In this document: positions 53,446-63,284 of the stretch, piece by piece | Numbering within the stretch: the stretch's first letter is position 1 | How the letters are laid out: each line of letters starts with the position of its first letter | From: Acidimicrobiia bacterium | Lineage (GTDB): Bacteria; Actinomycetota; Acidimicrobiia; Spongiisociales; ZC4RG35 | DNA: 64,000 bases | Assembly (NCBI GenBank): GCA_965203555.1 | Contig: CBDBCY010000002.1 | Coordinates: 64,001-128,000 of the forward strand | Direction of reading: 5' to 3' | Position numbers and translations under genes: made by a program | Notes under the pieces: generated by a model | What the model was told of the DNA's origin: nothing | Seen by the model: the letters and a program-made list of their open reading frames with translations, nothing else | The model's database searches: none

Positions 53446-53690
53446 ACCCGGCCACTCCGATCGCCACGTCGGTCAGTCCGCGCCGGAAGGGGCGTCCGAA
53501 GGTGTCGGTGATCACCACGGCCGCGTCCACCCCGAACCGCTGCATCAGCCGGGCGCGGAGCTATCGGCGTGCGGAGCGGTCGGGCGTTCGGTGGTGGATC
53601 CCCGTCCCGCCCACACCGCTCTGGGATGGAAAGCCCGAGAGTCGATCTGGCCACCGGTCTTCACGCCGAACCTGGGAGTGGACAATCGGT
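53434..53690. repeat. Chimeric copy of cofE internal segment (54831-54978) fused to epimerase 3' end (47346-47447)
   Basis: Direct sequence comparison; junction at 53584/53585. Confidence 0.92.
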
Positions 53691-54621
53691 GCAATCCAGT
53701 GACTGGCTCTGTCACGTAAATCAGCTGTTGCGGGACCGTCGCCTCCGGAATAGGCTTGGCGAGTGCAAATCGATAGCCCACGCGGACGCCTTCTGTCAGC
53801 CAGCCACGCCAAGTCGGCCCGGTGCCTACGGTAACGCAGAAACCCATCGCCAGCCCACGCGGCAACTGAGCTAGGGCAACCATCGTTAGGGTAGACCACC
53901 CCGATTATCGCGAGTGCCGTACAAATGTTTCACAGCACGATCGTTCCGTTTGCATGCTTTGGGCATCGACTGCGGCGTTCTTGGTCATGATCATAGGATC
54001 GTGTCACATTCCCAAGTCGTTACGGAGACTTCCAATAGTTCCGCAGAAGCACGTCAGGAGAGCTATCAACATGCCTGCTGCAAGTGCCATGGCCTACGCC
54101 CGTCGGGAGGTGGGTTATCTATGAAGTAGCGGGGCGTGTTTGGTCTGCCGGTTGGGCCGCCTTCAGCCCGTTGTCAACTCTGGCGTGACACCCTTGGCCG
54201 CCAGTTCGAGGGGGTACTCCTTGATAGCATCCCGCATCGAGGCGTTCACGTCTCGCCAGGCTAAGGACAGAATGTCGTTGTCGCACTCATCGCACGTTCG
54301 TGTTCTGATCAACTGCAATAGCCACATAACCACTGCCAGAGGCACGCGTGTTGCGCGCATCCCAGCACGAGCTCGACATACGGATCCGACTTCTTCCAGC
54401 AGCGAGCATCGGCTTATGTTGCCAGCGCCTTTGACGAATACAGAGAGGATGATCCCTTTTCATATCCCCGGTACGAGGCTGTTGTGCTCGTTACCCGCTT
54501 TGAGGCCATGTGCCGTGTCCTTTCTCTCTATGGTTTGGGCGGTTTGATAAGTCTCTGTTTTACTTCGACACCTTACCAGATGTCAGAAGGAAACCGTCAG
54601 AGGAAATGCCGGGCGATGGGA

Positions 54622-55326
54622 TCAGCGGAACAGGTCTTCCGACGCTCCTCGGATCAGGTCGGTGGCGGCGCCTTCTTCTGTTGGCAGGGACAGGCCGCGG
54701 ACCACCGCTGCCGGGATGCGTCGGGTCTTTCCCTTTACCAGGTCGGCGGCGGCGGCGATTTCATCGGCCACGGCCACCTCGGTCACCTCCAGGGTCCGGT
54801 CGTGGTCATCGGTGACTCCTCGCAGATCCCGGATCGGTTTGAATCCGGCCACTCCGATCGCCACGTCGGTCAGTCCGCGCCGGAACGGGCGTCCGAAGGT
54901 GTCGGTGATCACCACTGCCGCGTCCACCCCGAACCGCTGCATCAGCCGGGCGCGGAGCCGGCGTGCGGAGCGGTCGGGGTCGAGAGGCAGCAGCACGGCC
55001 CGGCAGGGTCCGGCGTTGGAGCGGTCCACTCCGGCGTTGGCGCAGATGAACCCGTGCCGGGTCTCGGTGATCAGCAGGTCTCCCCTGCGCCGCAGTATGG
55101 AGACGGCCTCCGATTCCACCAGGTGACGGTGGCTGTGGGGGCCGTCGTCTTCCAGTTCCACCACTCGTCCCTCTGCCTTGGAGACGATCTTGTGGGTGAC
55201 CACCACCACGTCGCCGTCCTCGAGGCCGACTCCCGATTCGACGAGGGCGTTCCCCACCAGGAGTGCCAGGTCATCCCCGGGGGTGATCTCCGCCAGCCCG
55301 GTAACGGGATGTATGGTGATCGTCAC
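54622..55326 (-). CDS. cofE: Coenzyme F420-0:gamma-glutamyl ligase
   Basis: [42 protein letters not shown]. Confidence 0.93.
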   Translation of the reverse strand: MTITIHPVTGLAEITPGDDLALLVGNALVESGVGLEDGDVVVVTHKIVSKAEGRVVELEDDGPHSHRHLVESEAVSILRRRGDLLITETRHGFICANAGVDRSNAGPCRAVLLPLDPDRSARRLRARLMQRFGVDAAVVITDTFGRPFRRGLTDVAIGVAGFKPIRDLRGVTDDHDRTLEVTEVAVADEIAAAADLVKGKTRRIPAAVVRGLSLPTEEGAATDLIRGASEDLFR

Positions 55327-56261
55327 AGCAACTCCAGCATCCAGGCGGCGAGCCTGGCGGCGGCGGCGGGTTCCTTGATTCTGGTGTCCGTCGCCCACGC
55401 GGTCACGCCTTGCGTCGCCAGCCGCGCCAGGTCGGCCCGGTCCCCCCGGTCCACCACCAGTCCGGTGAGCAGACCCGAGTAGGCCGCCGCCACCCCCCGG
55501 TTGCCGGGTGGGAGGCCCAGGTCGGCCATCACGTCGGCGGCGGGACCTTTCAGCGCCTTTCCTCCGAACAGGGGACTCACCGCGATTACCTGTGCGGCTT
55601 CCTCCAGGGCGGGGCGGATGCCGGGCACCGCCAGGATCGGCCAGATGGAAAGAGGCGGATTGGAAGGGGCGATGATCACTGCCCGAGCGTTTCGGATCGC
55701 CTCCACCACTCCCGGGGCGGGAAGGGCCTGCTCGGCGCCGTCGAATCTGATCCGGGCTATCCGGTCGCGGTGTTGCCTGCGAACGAAGTAGTCCTGGAAG
55801 TCGAGCCACTCCCCCGAGACAGTGCGCAACCTGGTGCGGAGAGGCTGGTCGGTGGCGGGAAGCAGGAGCATGTCGACCTCGAAGGCGCGGGCTATCCGCT
55901 CGGTCACCCAACTGAGGGATCGGCCCTGGCGAAGTTGCATGGTTCTGAACAGGTTGAGGGCCAGGTCCGAGTCGCCCAGCATGAAGGTGGTGTCGATCGG
56001 GAACCTCGACAGAGCGTCCATCACCCCCCAGGTTTCGTCAGCCCTGCCCCATCCTTGAGGTCCCTCCTGTTCGGCGAGGGTGTAGACCACCGTGTCCAGA
56101 TCGGGAGACACGAACACTCCGTACACCCAGTCGTCGTCTCCGGTGTTCACCACCACCGTGGTCTTGCATTCCTTCAGACGGTCGAACCCCCGCGCCAACC
56201 TGGCGCCTCCCACTCCTCCGGACAGGAGCACCACGTCGGGTTGATGGTCGAGTGCCTTCAT
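55323..56261 (-). CDS. cofD: 2-phospho-L-lactate transferase
   Basis: LSGGVGGA, VNTGDD, SPDLDTV.YTL, FQDYFV, PSNP..SI.PIL, KGPA. Confidence 0.94.
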   Translation of the reverse strand: MKALDHQPDVVLLSGGVGGARLARGFDRLKECKTTVVVNTGDDDWVYGVFVSPDLDTVVYTLAEQEGPQGWGRADETWGVMDALSRFPIDTTFMLGDSDLALNLFRTMQLRQGRSLSWVTERIARAFEVDMLLLPATDQPLRTRLRTVSGEWLDFQDYFVRRQHRDRIARIRFDGAEQALPAPGVVEAIRNARAVIIAPSNPPLSIWPILAVPGIRPALEEAAQVIAVSPLFGGKALKGPAADVMADLGLPPGNRGVAAAYSGLLTGLVVDRGDRADLARLATQGVTAWATDTRIKEPAAAARLAAWMLELL

Positions 56262-56290
56262 AAACTGCGTCGTTTCCCTAGCATTGTCGG

Positions 56291-59062
56291 TTGTTGATGG
56301 AGAGCGCAACTTCCGCTTCCGAACCCGTCGTACGCCCGGTCCGCACCCCGGGCGTGGCTGTGGTAATCATGGCAGAGGACGGGGAGTTCGGCCCGGCCGT
56401 GGAAGGGGTGGGGGAACAGGATCGCGACACCCGTTTAATAGTGGTCGGTAACGATCCCCGAACCAAGCGGAGGGCCGAGGAAGCGGGCATACTGCACCAC
56501 GAGACGCTGGACCGGGCCATAAGGAGAATCCCCGCTGACATAGATTACGTTTGGATCCTGGCAGGTTGCGCCCAACCGCAGGCGGGGGCGCTGGCGGCCA
56601 TGATGCAGGTGGCGGTCAATCACCAGGTTGCGTTGGTGGGATCGAAGATACTCTCCACCTTGGATCCGGAGCGACTCCTGTCGGTGGGAAGCGCCACCGA
56701 TCTCTTCGGGGTTTCCTCTTCCGGTTTGGATGAATCCGAACTTGACTTTGCCCAGTACGATGTGATCCGGGAGGTGTCGAGTCTCTCCACCGTCTCCCTG
56801 CTGGCTCGTCGAAGGTTGCTGGCGGTACTGGGGGGATTCGACCAGTCCATTCCCGTGGTGTCCCAGGGCTTGGATTTCTGCCAGCGGGTGCGGCTCGCCG
56901 GTGGAAGGGTGGTGGTGGCCCCTTCCTCGAGGGTGCTCTATCCCCCCGACCTCTTTCCTCGTTACGGAGGCTGGAAGGCGAGGGCGGGCCGGATGCGGGC
57001 CATGTTCAAGGTCTATCGGATGGTGACGCTGGCTTGGGCGATTCCCCTCGATATCGCCATCAACCTGGTGGAGGGGTTGTTCAGCCTGGCAATGGGCAGA
57101 CCGGGCCGTCTGGGGGGATTCCTGGCCGCGATGGCGTTGAGCATCGGGCGTTTTCCCTCCACCGTGTCAGCTCGGCTGCGGTCCCAGAAGACCCGGGTGG
57201 TGGGGGATGAGGACCTGTTCCGCTACCAGACCTCCGGTTCGGTGATCTTGCGGGATGTGGCTTCCGAGATCGGGGGAAAGCTCGGAGATTTCGGACCGGC
57301 GGAGAGGTCGTGGACGACGGCGATCTCATCCCGGCTGCGGCGGGGGGCCCCAGTGGCGGTCCTTGTGTCGTTGCTCTACCTGGCGGCGGCCTCCCGGAAC
57401 CTGTGGTTTGCAGGTTTGCCGTCCACCGGCTTCACTCTCGCCGTGGGGAGCGATCCCGCGGGGGTTCTGTCCGCTTTTGCCGGAGGATGGAACGAGGCCG
57501 GCCTGGGGACCACCCTTCCTCCCCATCCGGTGGCGGCCCTGGCGTCCGGCCTGCACTGGCTGATGATGGAGTGGTCGGGGTCGCAGTTGCTATTGACTGC
57601 CCTGGCCCTGTGGGCGGCCCTGGTGGGATCGTCCCGGTTGTTTCGCGGCGCCGGTGTGGGGGGCGGGGCCTCCTATGTCGGGGCGGTCGTCTACGTATTG
57701 GGCGCCGCCACGGCCTCGGTGTTGTCGCAGGGTTACTGGCCGGCGGTGATCGCCCTGGGCGCTTTGCCGTGGTCGGTGGTGGCCGCGGTGCGATCATGGC
57801 CCGACCGCTGGCGGGACCGGATTGGCGACCTGGCCATGGTCGGCTTGGCATCGGCGGTGTTGGCGGCCGCCTCGCCGGTGGCGACAGTCGTGCCGGTGGC
57901 GGTGGTCCTGCTGGGGTGGTTGTCCGGGGTGGGCTGGTCGGCTGGGGCAATTGCCAGGGTGACGGCGGGGGCGGCGGCCGGACTGTTGACGGTGAGTTCC
58001 TATCTGTGGGCAAACGACTTTGACGTCTGGTCTAATGGGCCTTCCCTGGAATGGGAGGCGGAGTGGGTGTTTTGGGCGGTGGTGGGTGTGGCCGCCATCT
58101 TTGTGATGTTGTTCGGGGGTCCTCGTCTGCGGGCCGCGTCCGGTCTGGGTCTGGCATTGTCGGGCGCCGGTTTGTGGGTGGGGGCCGTACATCTGTGGGA
58201 GGTGGCGGTCGCCGCCGCGGCTGCGGCTGCGATGGGATCCGGGTTGGTGGCCGCGGCTGCGGTCGGTTCGGGAAGCAGGAACAGCGAGGGCCGGAGTCGC
58301 TTGGGAGGTGTGCTGGCCCTTGCGTGTGGGGTGGCGGTGCTCGGCTTCACCCTTCCCGTCCTGGAGGGCGGCAGGGCGGGTCTGCCGGATGACCGATGGA
58401 GCAGCCGGTTGGACTTCGCTTCGAGCCTGTCCGATCCGGGGGAGGGAAGCCGGGTCCTGTTGATAGGTCCGAGGGGCTCGATGCCGGGAATGGAAAGGGA
58501 GGCGGAAGGGTTTTCCTACCGGCTCCTGAAGGCCGGACCGCCCACCCTGGAACAGGCGTGGCTGCCGCTGCCGGCTGTGGGGGACCAGGCCCTGGACGAG
58601 GTCTTGCGGGGCCTTTCGGTATCCCGTTCCCTGCGTCCCGGTGAACTGCTGGCGCCGTTCGGAGTGAGGTGGATCGTCGTCTCCGAGGAGACCGGTTTCT
58701 CTCAGCGGCTCACCGCCCAGGTCGATCTTCGGGTGCTGGCCGCCTCGGAGGACGCCGTCGTCTACCAGAACCTGGCGGCCCTGCCCAGGGCCGACGGTCC
58801 CCTGATAGGCGCCTGGGACTCCGTGGCGCCCGGCCAGGTGGAGGGTCCTCGATTCCGGGGAAGAATCCGGATCGCAGACAATGCCCATCCCCGCTGGGGT
58901 CCGGATTGGTCGCAGCATTCATGGTGGAACACCGTCTCCGGCGCCGAAGGGGTGGGCCGCTTCACCCCCTATCCGATAGGAAGGGTTCTGGCCTGGGGGG
59001 GCGCGATCGCCACGGTCCTCATGGCCGGGCTGGTCTGGTGGGGGAGAGGGGCTTTCCGATGA
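56291..59062 (+). CDS. GT2-like glycosyltransferase fused to a multi-pass membrane domain
   Basis: N-terminal GT-A-like region (LGGFD, LDFC.R....G.RV...P), many TMs; next to DUF5719 and cofD as in other actinobacteria. Confidence 0.75.
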   Translation: MLMESATSASEPVVRPVRTPGVAVVIMAEDGEFGPAVEGVGEQDRDTRLIVVGNDPRTKRRAEEAGILHHETLDRAIRRIPADIDYVWILAGCAQPQAGALAAMMQVAVNHQVALVGSKILSTLDPERLLSVGSATDLFGVSSSGLDESELDFAQYDVIREVSSLSTVSLLARRRLLAVLGGFDQSIPVVSQGLDFCQRVRLAGGRVVVAPSSRVLYPPDLFPRYGGWKARAGRMRAMFKVYRMVTLAWAIPLDIAINLVEGLFSLAMGRPGRLGGFLAAMALSIGRFPSTVSARLRSQKTRVVGDEDLFRYQTSGSVILRDVASEIGGKLGDFGPAERSWTTAISSRLRRGAPVAVLVSLLYLAAASRNLWFAGLPSTGFTLAVGSDPAGVLSAFAGGWNEAGLGTTLPPHPVAALASGLHWLMMEWSGSQLLLTALALWAALVGSSRLFRGAGVGGGASYVGAVVYVLGAATASVLSQGYWPAVIALGALPWSVVAAVRSWPDRWRDRIGDLAMVGLASAVLAAASPVATVVPVAVVLLGWLSGVGWSAGAIARVTAGAAAGLLTVSSYLWANDFDVWSNGPSLEWEAEWVFWAVVGVAAIFVMLFGGPRLRAASGLGLALSGAGLWVGAVHLWEVAVAAAAAAAMGSGLVAAAAVGSGSRNSEGRSRLGGVLALACGVAVLGFTLPVLEGGRAGLPDDRWSSRLDFASSLSDPGEGSRVLLIGPRGSMPGMEREAEGFSYRLLKAGPPTLEQAWLPLPAVGDQALDEVLRGLSVSRSLRPGELLAPFGVRWIVVSEETGFSQRLTAQVDLRVLAASEDAVVYQNLAALPRADGPLIGAWDSVAPGQVEGPRFRGRIRIADNAHPRWGPDWSQHSWWNTVSGAEGVGRFTPYPIGRVLAWGGAIATVLMAGLVWWGRGAFR

Positions 59063-60363
59063 GGGGAGTGGCGGTCGGGTTTCTGGGACTTGCGTTGGCG
59101 GTTCTGAGCTGGGCGGTCGCCGTTGAACCCCCCGCAGCCCCTCCCGTCTCGGAAACACCCCGGGTCCCGGCGCAGGAGCGGGCCGATCATCTGATTTGTC
59201 CGTTGACCGACTTCATCCGCTCCGATACCCAGGTGGCGCTTTTGGCCTCGCGGGGAGGAAGTGTGGATCTGTGGGAGGTGTCGGATGGCAGGTGGATGTC
59301 CTACGGTGAGGCCGATCTGGGCGATACGGGAGGATGGATCGGCGAGGCGCCGCCCGGTTTGGGTGTACTGATCGCCGAAAGCGGGTCCGGATGGTCGGGG
59401 GCCGGATTGTTGAACACTTCCTCGCAGGCGATATCCGGCTGGATGTGCGGGGAATCATCGGACAGCCTGGTGGCCCTGGGCGGTTCCACCCTGGCCGAGG
59501 ACCGTTTGGATTTGATTCTCTACAATCCCTACGTTTTGGATTCGTCCTCACGGTTGGAGATCATCAGCGAGCTGGGAGAGGACACTCCTCCCAATTTGCA
59601 GGAGATCTTCGTGCCGGCCGGCAAGGCGGTAAAAGTCGATCTGGACGAGTCGTTGCGGTTGCGCAGGTTCCTGGGAGTACAGGTGCGATCTTCTCCTGGC
59701 CGGGTGGCTCTGTTGCTGCAGCAGGCCGGCGACGGAGAGACCGCCATGATCGAGGGCGTGGCGCCCCACACCGACTGGTGGTTGCCGGTCCCCGATCTGG
59801 GGCAGGCCGAGACCTACCTGCTCATGGCCTCCCCGTCCGGCTCTTCCTTCACCTACCGTCTTGACCTGATGACCGAGTCAGGCTCGATCATCGGGTTCGT
59901 CGAAGACCAGTTCCTTCCCGGCCAGCTGCTTTCGACACCCCTTTCGGAATTTCCCCTCGGCGTGACGGGAATCAGCGTTTCCGGCTCGGTTCCCCTGGTG
60001 GCCGGCCTGAGATTGGAGGGAGAGGGTCTTCTGGCCTCGGGACCCGGGGCGCGGGGGACGTCCCGGCGCTGGTTCCTGCCCGGCCCCGGCGATGACGAGG
60101 GCAGCCTCAACCTGGCGTGGCTGCTCAATCCCTCGGGTCTGCCCGTTTCGGCGTCGGTTTCGGCCGTCGCCGAGGGCGCCTTTTCCATCAGGGTGACCAT
60201 TCCCCCCGAGTCGGTCCTGCCCTTTGAATTGGAGAGGCTCAGCGGACAGGCCGAGGATCTTCCCGGCTATCTGGTCGATGCCGAACAGGAAATCGCCGTG
60301 GTGTGGACCTCCCGGCTGGATGGCGGCGCCGGCGCCTACGCGGCGGGCGCTCCGGTGGATTGA
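59059..60363 (+). CDS. DUF5719-like secreted protein
   Basis: Signal/TM, conserved CP and C..S, repeated L.NP motifs; coupled to the GT2 stop. Confidence 0.65.
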   Translation: MRGVAVGFLGLALAVLSWAVAVEPPAAPPVSETPRVPAQERADHLICPLTDFIRSDTQVALLASRGGSVDLWEVSDGRWMSYGEADLGDTGGWIGEAPPGLGVLIAESGSGWSGAGLLNTSSQAISGWMCGESSDSLVALGGSTLAEDRLDLILYNPYVLDSSSRLEIISELGEDTPPNLQEIFVPAGKAVKVDLDESLRLRRFLGVQVRSSPGRVALLLQQAGDGETAMIEGVAPHTDWWLPVPDLGQAETYLLMASPSGSSFTYRLDLMTESGSIIGFVEDQFLPGQLLSTPLSEFPLGVTGISVSGSVPLVAGLRLEGEGLLASGPGARGTSRRWFLPGPGDDEGSLNLAWLLNPSGLPVSASVSAVAEGAFSIRVTIPPESVLPFELERLSGQAEDLPGYLVDAEQEIAVVWTSRLDGGAGAYAAGAPVD

Positions 60364-61961
60364 TGGCGGCCGGCTTCCCTCGGTACTCCGACGGTCTGCT
60401 GGGGATCGAAGAGAGAGAGCGCGCGGTCCTGCGGTGGGAGTCGGCCGGGTTGGTGGAGAAGTTGTGGGCCCGCCGGCCGTCGGTGTGGGGGCGGGCCGCA
60501 TCTTCGGCGGGCCGGTGGCTGGGGTGGCTCGATCTCCCCGAGACCATGCTTGCTCGTCTCGCGCCGATCGCCGCAATGGCGGAGGAGGCGGTCTCCGAGG
60601 GGATAGAGGATGTGGTGCTGATGGGTATGGGCGGATCGAGCCTGGCGCCGGAGATGTTCTTTTCGGTGTTCGGCGCGGCGCCGGGCTATCCCCGGCTTTC
60701 GGTAATCGACTCCACCCATCCGGAGGCGCTGGTCACGCTCGACGGGCGCATTGACCCGTCCCGGACCCTCTTCGTGGTTTCCTCCAAGTCCGGGACCACC
60801 GTGGAGACTCTCTCGTTCTACCGGTACTTTTGGAAGCGGTGTTCGGGAGAGGGGAGACGATTCGCAGCCGTCACCGACAGGGGCACCCCCTTGGACGACC
60901 TGGCGCGAGAAAGGGGATTCCGGGCGGTGTTCAACGCACCCGCCGACGTCGGGGGGCGATTCTCGGCTTTCAGTGCCTTCGGGATGGTCCCCGCCGCCCT
61001 CATCGGGATCGACCTTCCCGCGCTGTTGGGCAGGGCGCGGGAGATGGCGAGGAGCGGCCGGGCCGATCCGGCGCAAAACCCGGCCGTGGGGCTGGGATTG
61101 ACCCTGGGCGCGGCGGCGTTGTCGGGGATGGACAAGCTCACGCTTCACACCTCCCGAAGCCTCTCCGCTTTCCCTTCCTGGATGGAGCAACTGGTTGCCG
61201 AGAGTCTCGGCAAGGAGGGCCGTGGGATAATACCGGTGGCGGGCGAACCGGTTCTGCCTGCCGGCCGGTACGGGCGGGACCGGGTCGTGGCGATCTGGCA
61301 GGTAGCCGGTGACGACCCGGTGGTCGTTGCAGGCATGGGCGACATCCGTATCCGGTTGGCGGATCCTCTGGATCTGGGCGCCGAGTTGTTCCGGGCCGAG
61401 TTGGGGGTGGCGGCGGCCGGTGAGGTGCTGGGAGTCAACCCCTTCGATCAGCCCGACGTGGAACGGGCCAAGCGGCTGGCGTCCGAAGCGATGGGCCGAC
61501 CGGGAGAAGTGGTCGGAGAGGACCTGGTGCCCGCCCAATCCTCCCGGGCGGGGGAGATGATCCGGCGGTTGGTGGAAGATTTGCGGCCCGGCGAGTATCT
61601 GGGCATCCAGGCCTACCTTCCTCCCGGGTCCGGGATCGACCGCAGCATCACGAGGCTGCGGCGGAGGGTGACCGAGTTGAGCGGAGCGGCCACCACCTTC
61701 GGGTACGGTCCCCGGTTTCTTCACTCCACCGGGCAGGTGCACAAGGGGGGGCCTCCCACCGGGGTGTTCCTTCAGATTGTGGACCACCCCCGCCTGGACG
61801 TGCAGGTGCCCGGCGCCGGATACGGATTCGCCAAGTTGATCGCTGCCCAGGCGGAAGGTGACTACTTCGCCCTTCGAGAGGCGGGCCGCAGAGTGGTTCG
61901 TTTGTCGGTGGGTTCGGACAGGCTGGGCGGTTTGCAGGCGTTGGCGGAAGATTTGGCCTGA
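60363..61961 (+). CDS. pgi: Glucose-6-phosphate isomerase (Tal-Pgi-type domain)
   Basis: GMGGSSL, SSKSGTTVET, VGGRFS, EQLVAESLGK, NPFDQPDVE, GPRFLHSTGQ.HKGG. Confidence 0.9.
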   Translation: MAAGFPRYSDGLLGIEERERAVLRWESAGLVEKLWARRPSVWGRAASSAGRWLGWLDLPETMLARLAPIAAMAEEAVSEGIEDVVLMGMGGSSLAPEMFFSVFGAAPGYPRLSVIDSTHPEALVTLDGRIDPSRTLFVVSSKSGTTVETLSFYRYFWKRCSGEGRRFAAVTDRGTPLDDLARERGFRAVFNAPADVGGRFSAFSAFGMVPAALIGIDLPALLGRAREMARSGRADPAQNPAVGLGLTLGAAALSGMDKLTLHTSRSLSAFPSWMEQLVAESLGKEGRGIIPVAGEPVLPAGRYGRDRVVAIWQVAGDDPVVVAGMGDIRIRLADPLDLGAELFRAELGVAAAGEVLGVNPFDQPDVERAKRLASEAMGRPGEVVGEDLVPAQSSRAGEMIRRLVEDLRPGEYLGIQAYLPPGSGIDRSITRLRRRVTELSGAATTFGYGPRFLHSTGQVHKGGPPTGVFLQIVDHPRLDVQVPGAGYGFAKLIAAQAEGDYFALREAGRRVVRLSVGSDRLGGLQALAEDLA

Positions 61962-62097
61962 GAGCCCCCATCAGGTTTGGGAAGAAAAAAGGAAACGAAA
62001 ACGTTTAAAGTGTGTCATACTTAAAACAGAGGGGCCGAAGCCGAAGAGGAGAGGCCCCGAACGGAAGTAACGGCCCTAGCCAGAAGAGGAGCAAATT

Positions 62098-62244
62098 TTG
62101 AAGCACTACGTAGCACGGGAGATGGGATCGCCCTCCGTGCGTGCTTGGTCGATCCTTCCCTCCAGCCGTGTAGCGCTCCCGAGCGCGAAGCACGGTGCGG
62201 CGATTACCGCAAGAAAGGGCGCGCACCGCAAGCCTATGACCTGA
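62098..62244 (+). CDS. whiB7/wblC leader peptide (uORF, 48 aa)
   Basis: GAGGAG SD then TTG; MKHYVAREMGSPSVRAWSILPSSRVALPSAKHGAAITARKGAHRKPMT; ends just before the terminator. Confidence 0.6.
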   Translation: MKHYVAREMGSPSVRAWSILPSSRVALPSAKHGAAITARKGAHRKPMT

Positions 62245-62267
62245 CCAACGGACAACCATCGCTTGCG

Positions 62268-62291
62268 GAGCCGCCGGAAGGCGGCTCTTTT
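62268..62291 (+). terminator. Intrinsic attenuator terminator upstream of whiB7
   Basis: GAGCCGCC-GGAA-GGCGGCTC-TTTT. Confidence 0.85.
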
Positions 62292-62305
62292 GCTTGGAGA
62301 ATGAC

Positions 62306-62665
62306 ATGAATCAAAAAACCCGACTCGAAATCTTAAGACAAACCATGGAGACAAGCGGCGCCTGCTATGGCACGAGCGATACGCAGAGCTTCTTCACCAA
62401 CGAGAGCAAGGCCGTGCAGCTGGCCCAGATGACCTGCGGAACCTGCCCGCTGGAGGCCCGGTCGGCTTGTCTCGAATACGCCTTGACCACCGGCATGGAA
62501 TACGGGGTGTGGGGAGGCATACTCTTCTGGGACGGCGGCGCCTTCTACCGGAAGAGACCTCCGGGCCGTCCCAGGGCTGACGAAGCCTCCCTGCCGGTCG
62601 AAGCTTCGAGAGAAGAGCTGTGGGAATTGGTGCACAAGCTGTCACCCATGGAGAAGAGCGCCTGA
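62306..62665 (+). CDS. whiB7: WhiB-family regulator with AT-hook (WhiB7/WblC type)
   Basis: Four Cys (C..CxxC..C), GVWGG turn, RKRPPGRPR AT-hook. Confidence 0.8.
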   Translation: MNQKTRLEILRQTMETSGACYGTSDTQSFFTNESKAVQLAQMTCGTCPLEARSACLEYALTTGMEYGVWGGILFWDGGAFYRKRPPGRPRADEASLPVEASREELWELVHKLSPMEKSA

Positions 62666-62697
62666 TCCTCGAAAGGTCGTAATATGAGGAGACGGCG

Positions 62698-62770
62698 GGG
62701 CGTTTAGCTCAGATGGGAGAGCGCTTCCCTTACAAGGAAGAGGTCGGCGGTTCGATTCCGTCAACGCCCA
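62698..62770 (+). tRNA. tRNA-Val(TAC), CCA not encoded
   Basis: Acceptor GGGCGTT/AACGCCC, anticodon arm CTTCC-CTTACAA-GGAAG, T-loop GTTCGATTC. Confidence 0.97.
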
Positions 62771-62969
62771 CTGCGGCCGGTCTGCCATTTATTTGAAATG
62801 CCTTAGCGATTTAGGACGCTGAGGGGCCGATTTAGCCGTTTTTCCCCTGGTTTTGGGGGTCCCGGGCCGTTTCGGGGTGTTTAGGCCTAGCCGGTGGCCG
62901 GAGCCGACAGCGGGGTTGGTTGCTGTCGGTGTTGAGTCCCTGTTGCGAAGCTGTCGTGGCGGGGAGGAT

Positions 62970-63269
62970 TTAGAGGTATCTGGCGTGGAATACGTAGCAC
63001 ACCTCTCGTTCCTTTCGAAAATCTCGCCGGAAACCGACTTCCAACAAGCCACCATCATCGAGAATTCCGACAGCTATGGTAGGACGGGCAACCATCTTCC
63101 CCCCACTGAAAATCACATCAAAACGGGATGTTTCTCCTCTGTGCCTGGTTACTTCGGACGGATGCAGGAACAGCAGGTACAAGATGTCCCTCTCCGAAAC
63201 GCCATGGTCAAAGACATCGGGATGATATGCCACCTTGGGATTCTCCGGCCAGTACATGAAAGGGGGCAC
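62970..63269 (-). CDS. Small hypothetical protein, possibly BrnT/RelE-like toxin
   Basis: HGVSERDIL ... G.LLEVG ... VFHAR pattern. Confidence 0.45.
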   Translation of the reverse strand: MPPFMYWPENPKVAYHPDVFDHGVSERDILYLLFLHPSEVTRHRGETSRFDVIFSGGKMVARPTIAVGILDDGGLLEVGFRRDFRKEREVCYVFHARYL

Positions 63270-63284
63270 AGGTCCCCTTTGCCT

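Noticed and set aside
53700-54620. Short ORFs between the chimeric junction and cofE
   Set aside because: Fragmentary with no identifiable family.
62025-62291. Possible Ms1/6S-like sRNA between pgi and whiB
   Set aside because: Better explained as the whiB7 leader, since it has an SD-led uORF and an antiterminator; a covariance-model search would be needed to exclude it fully.
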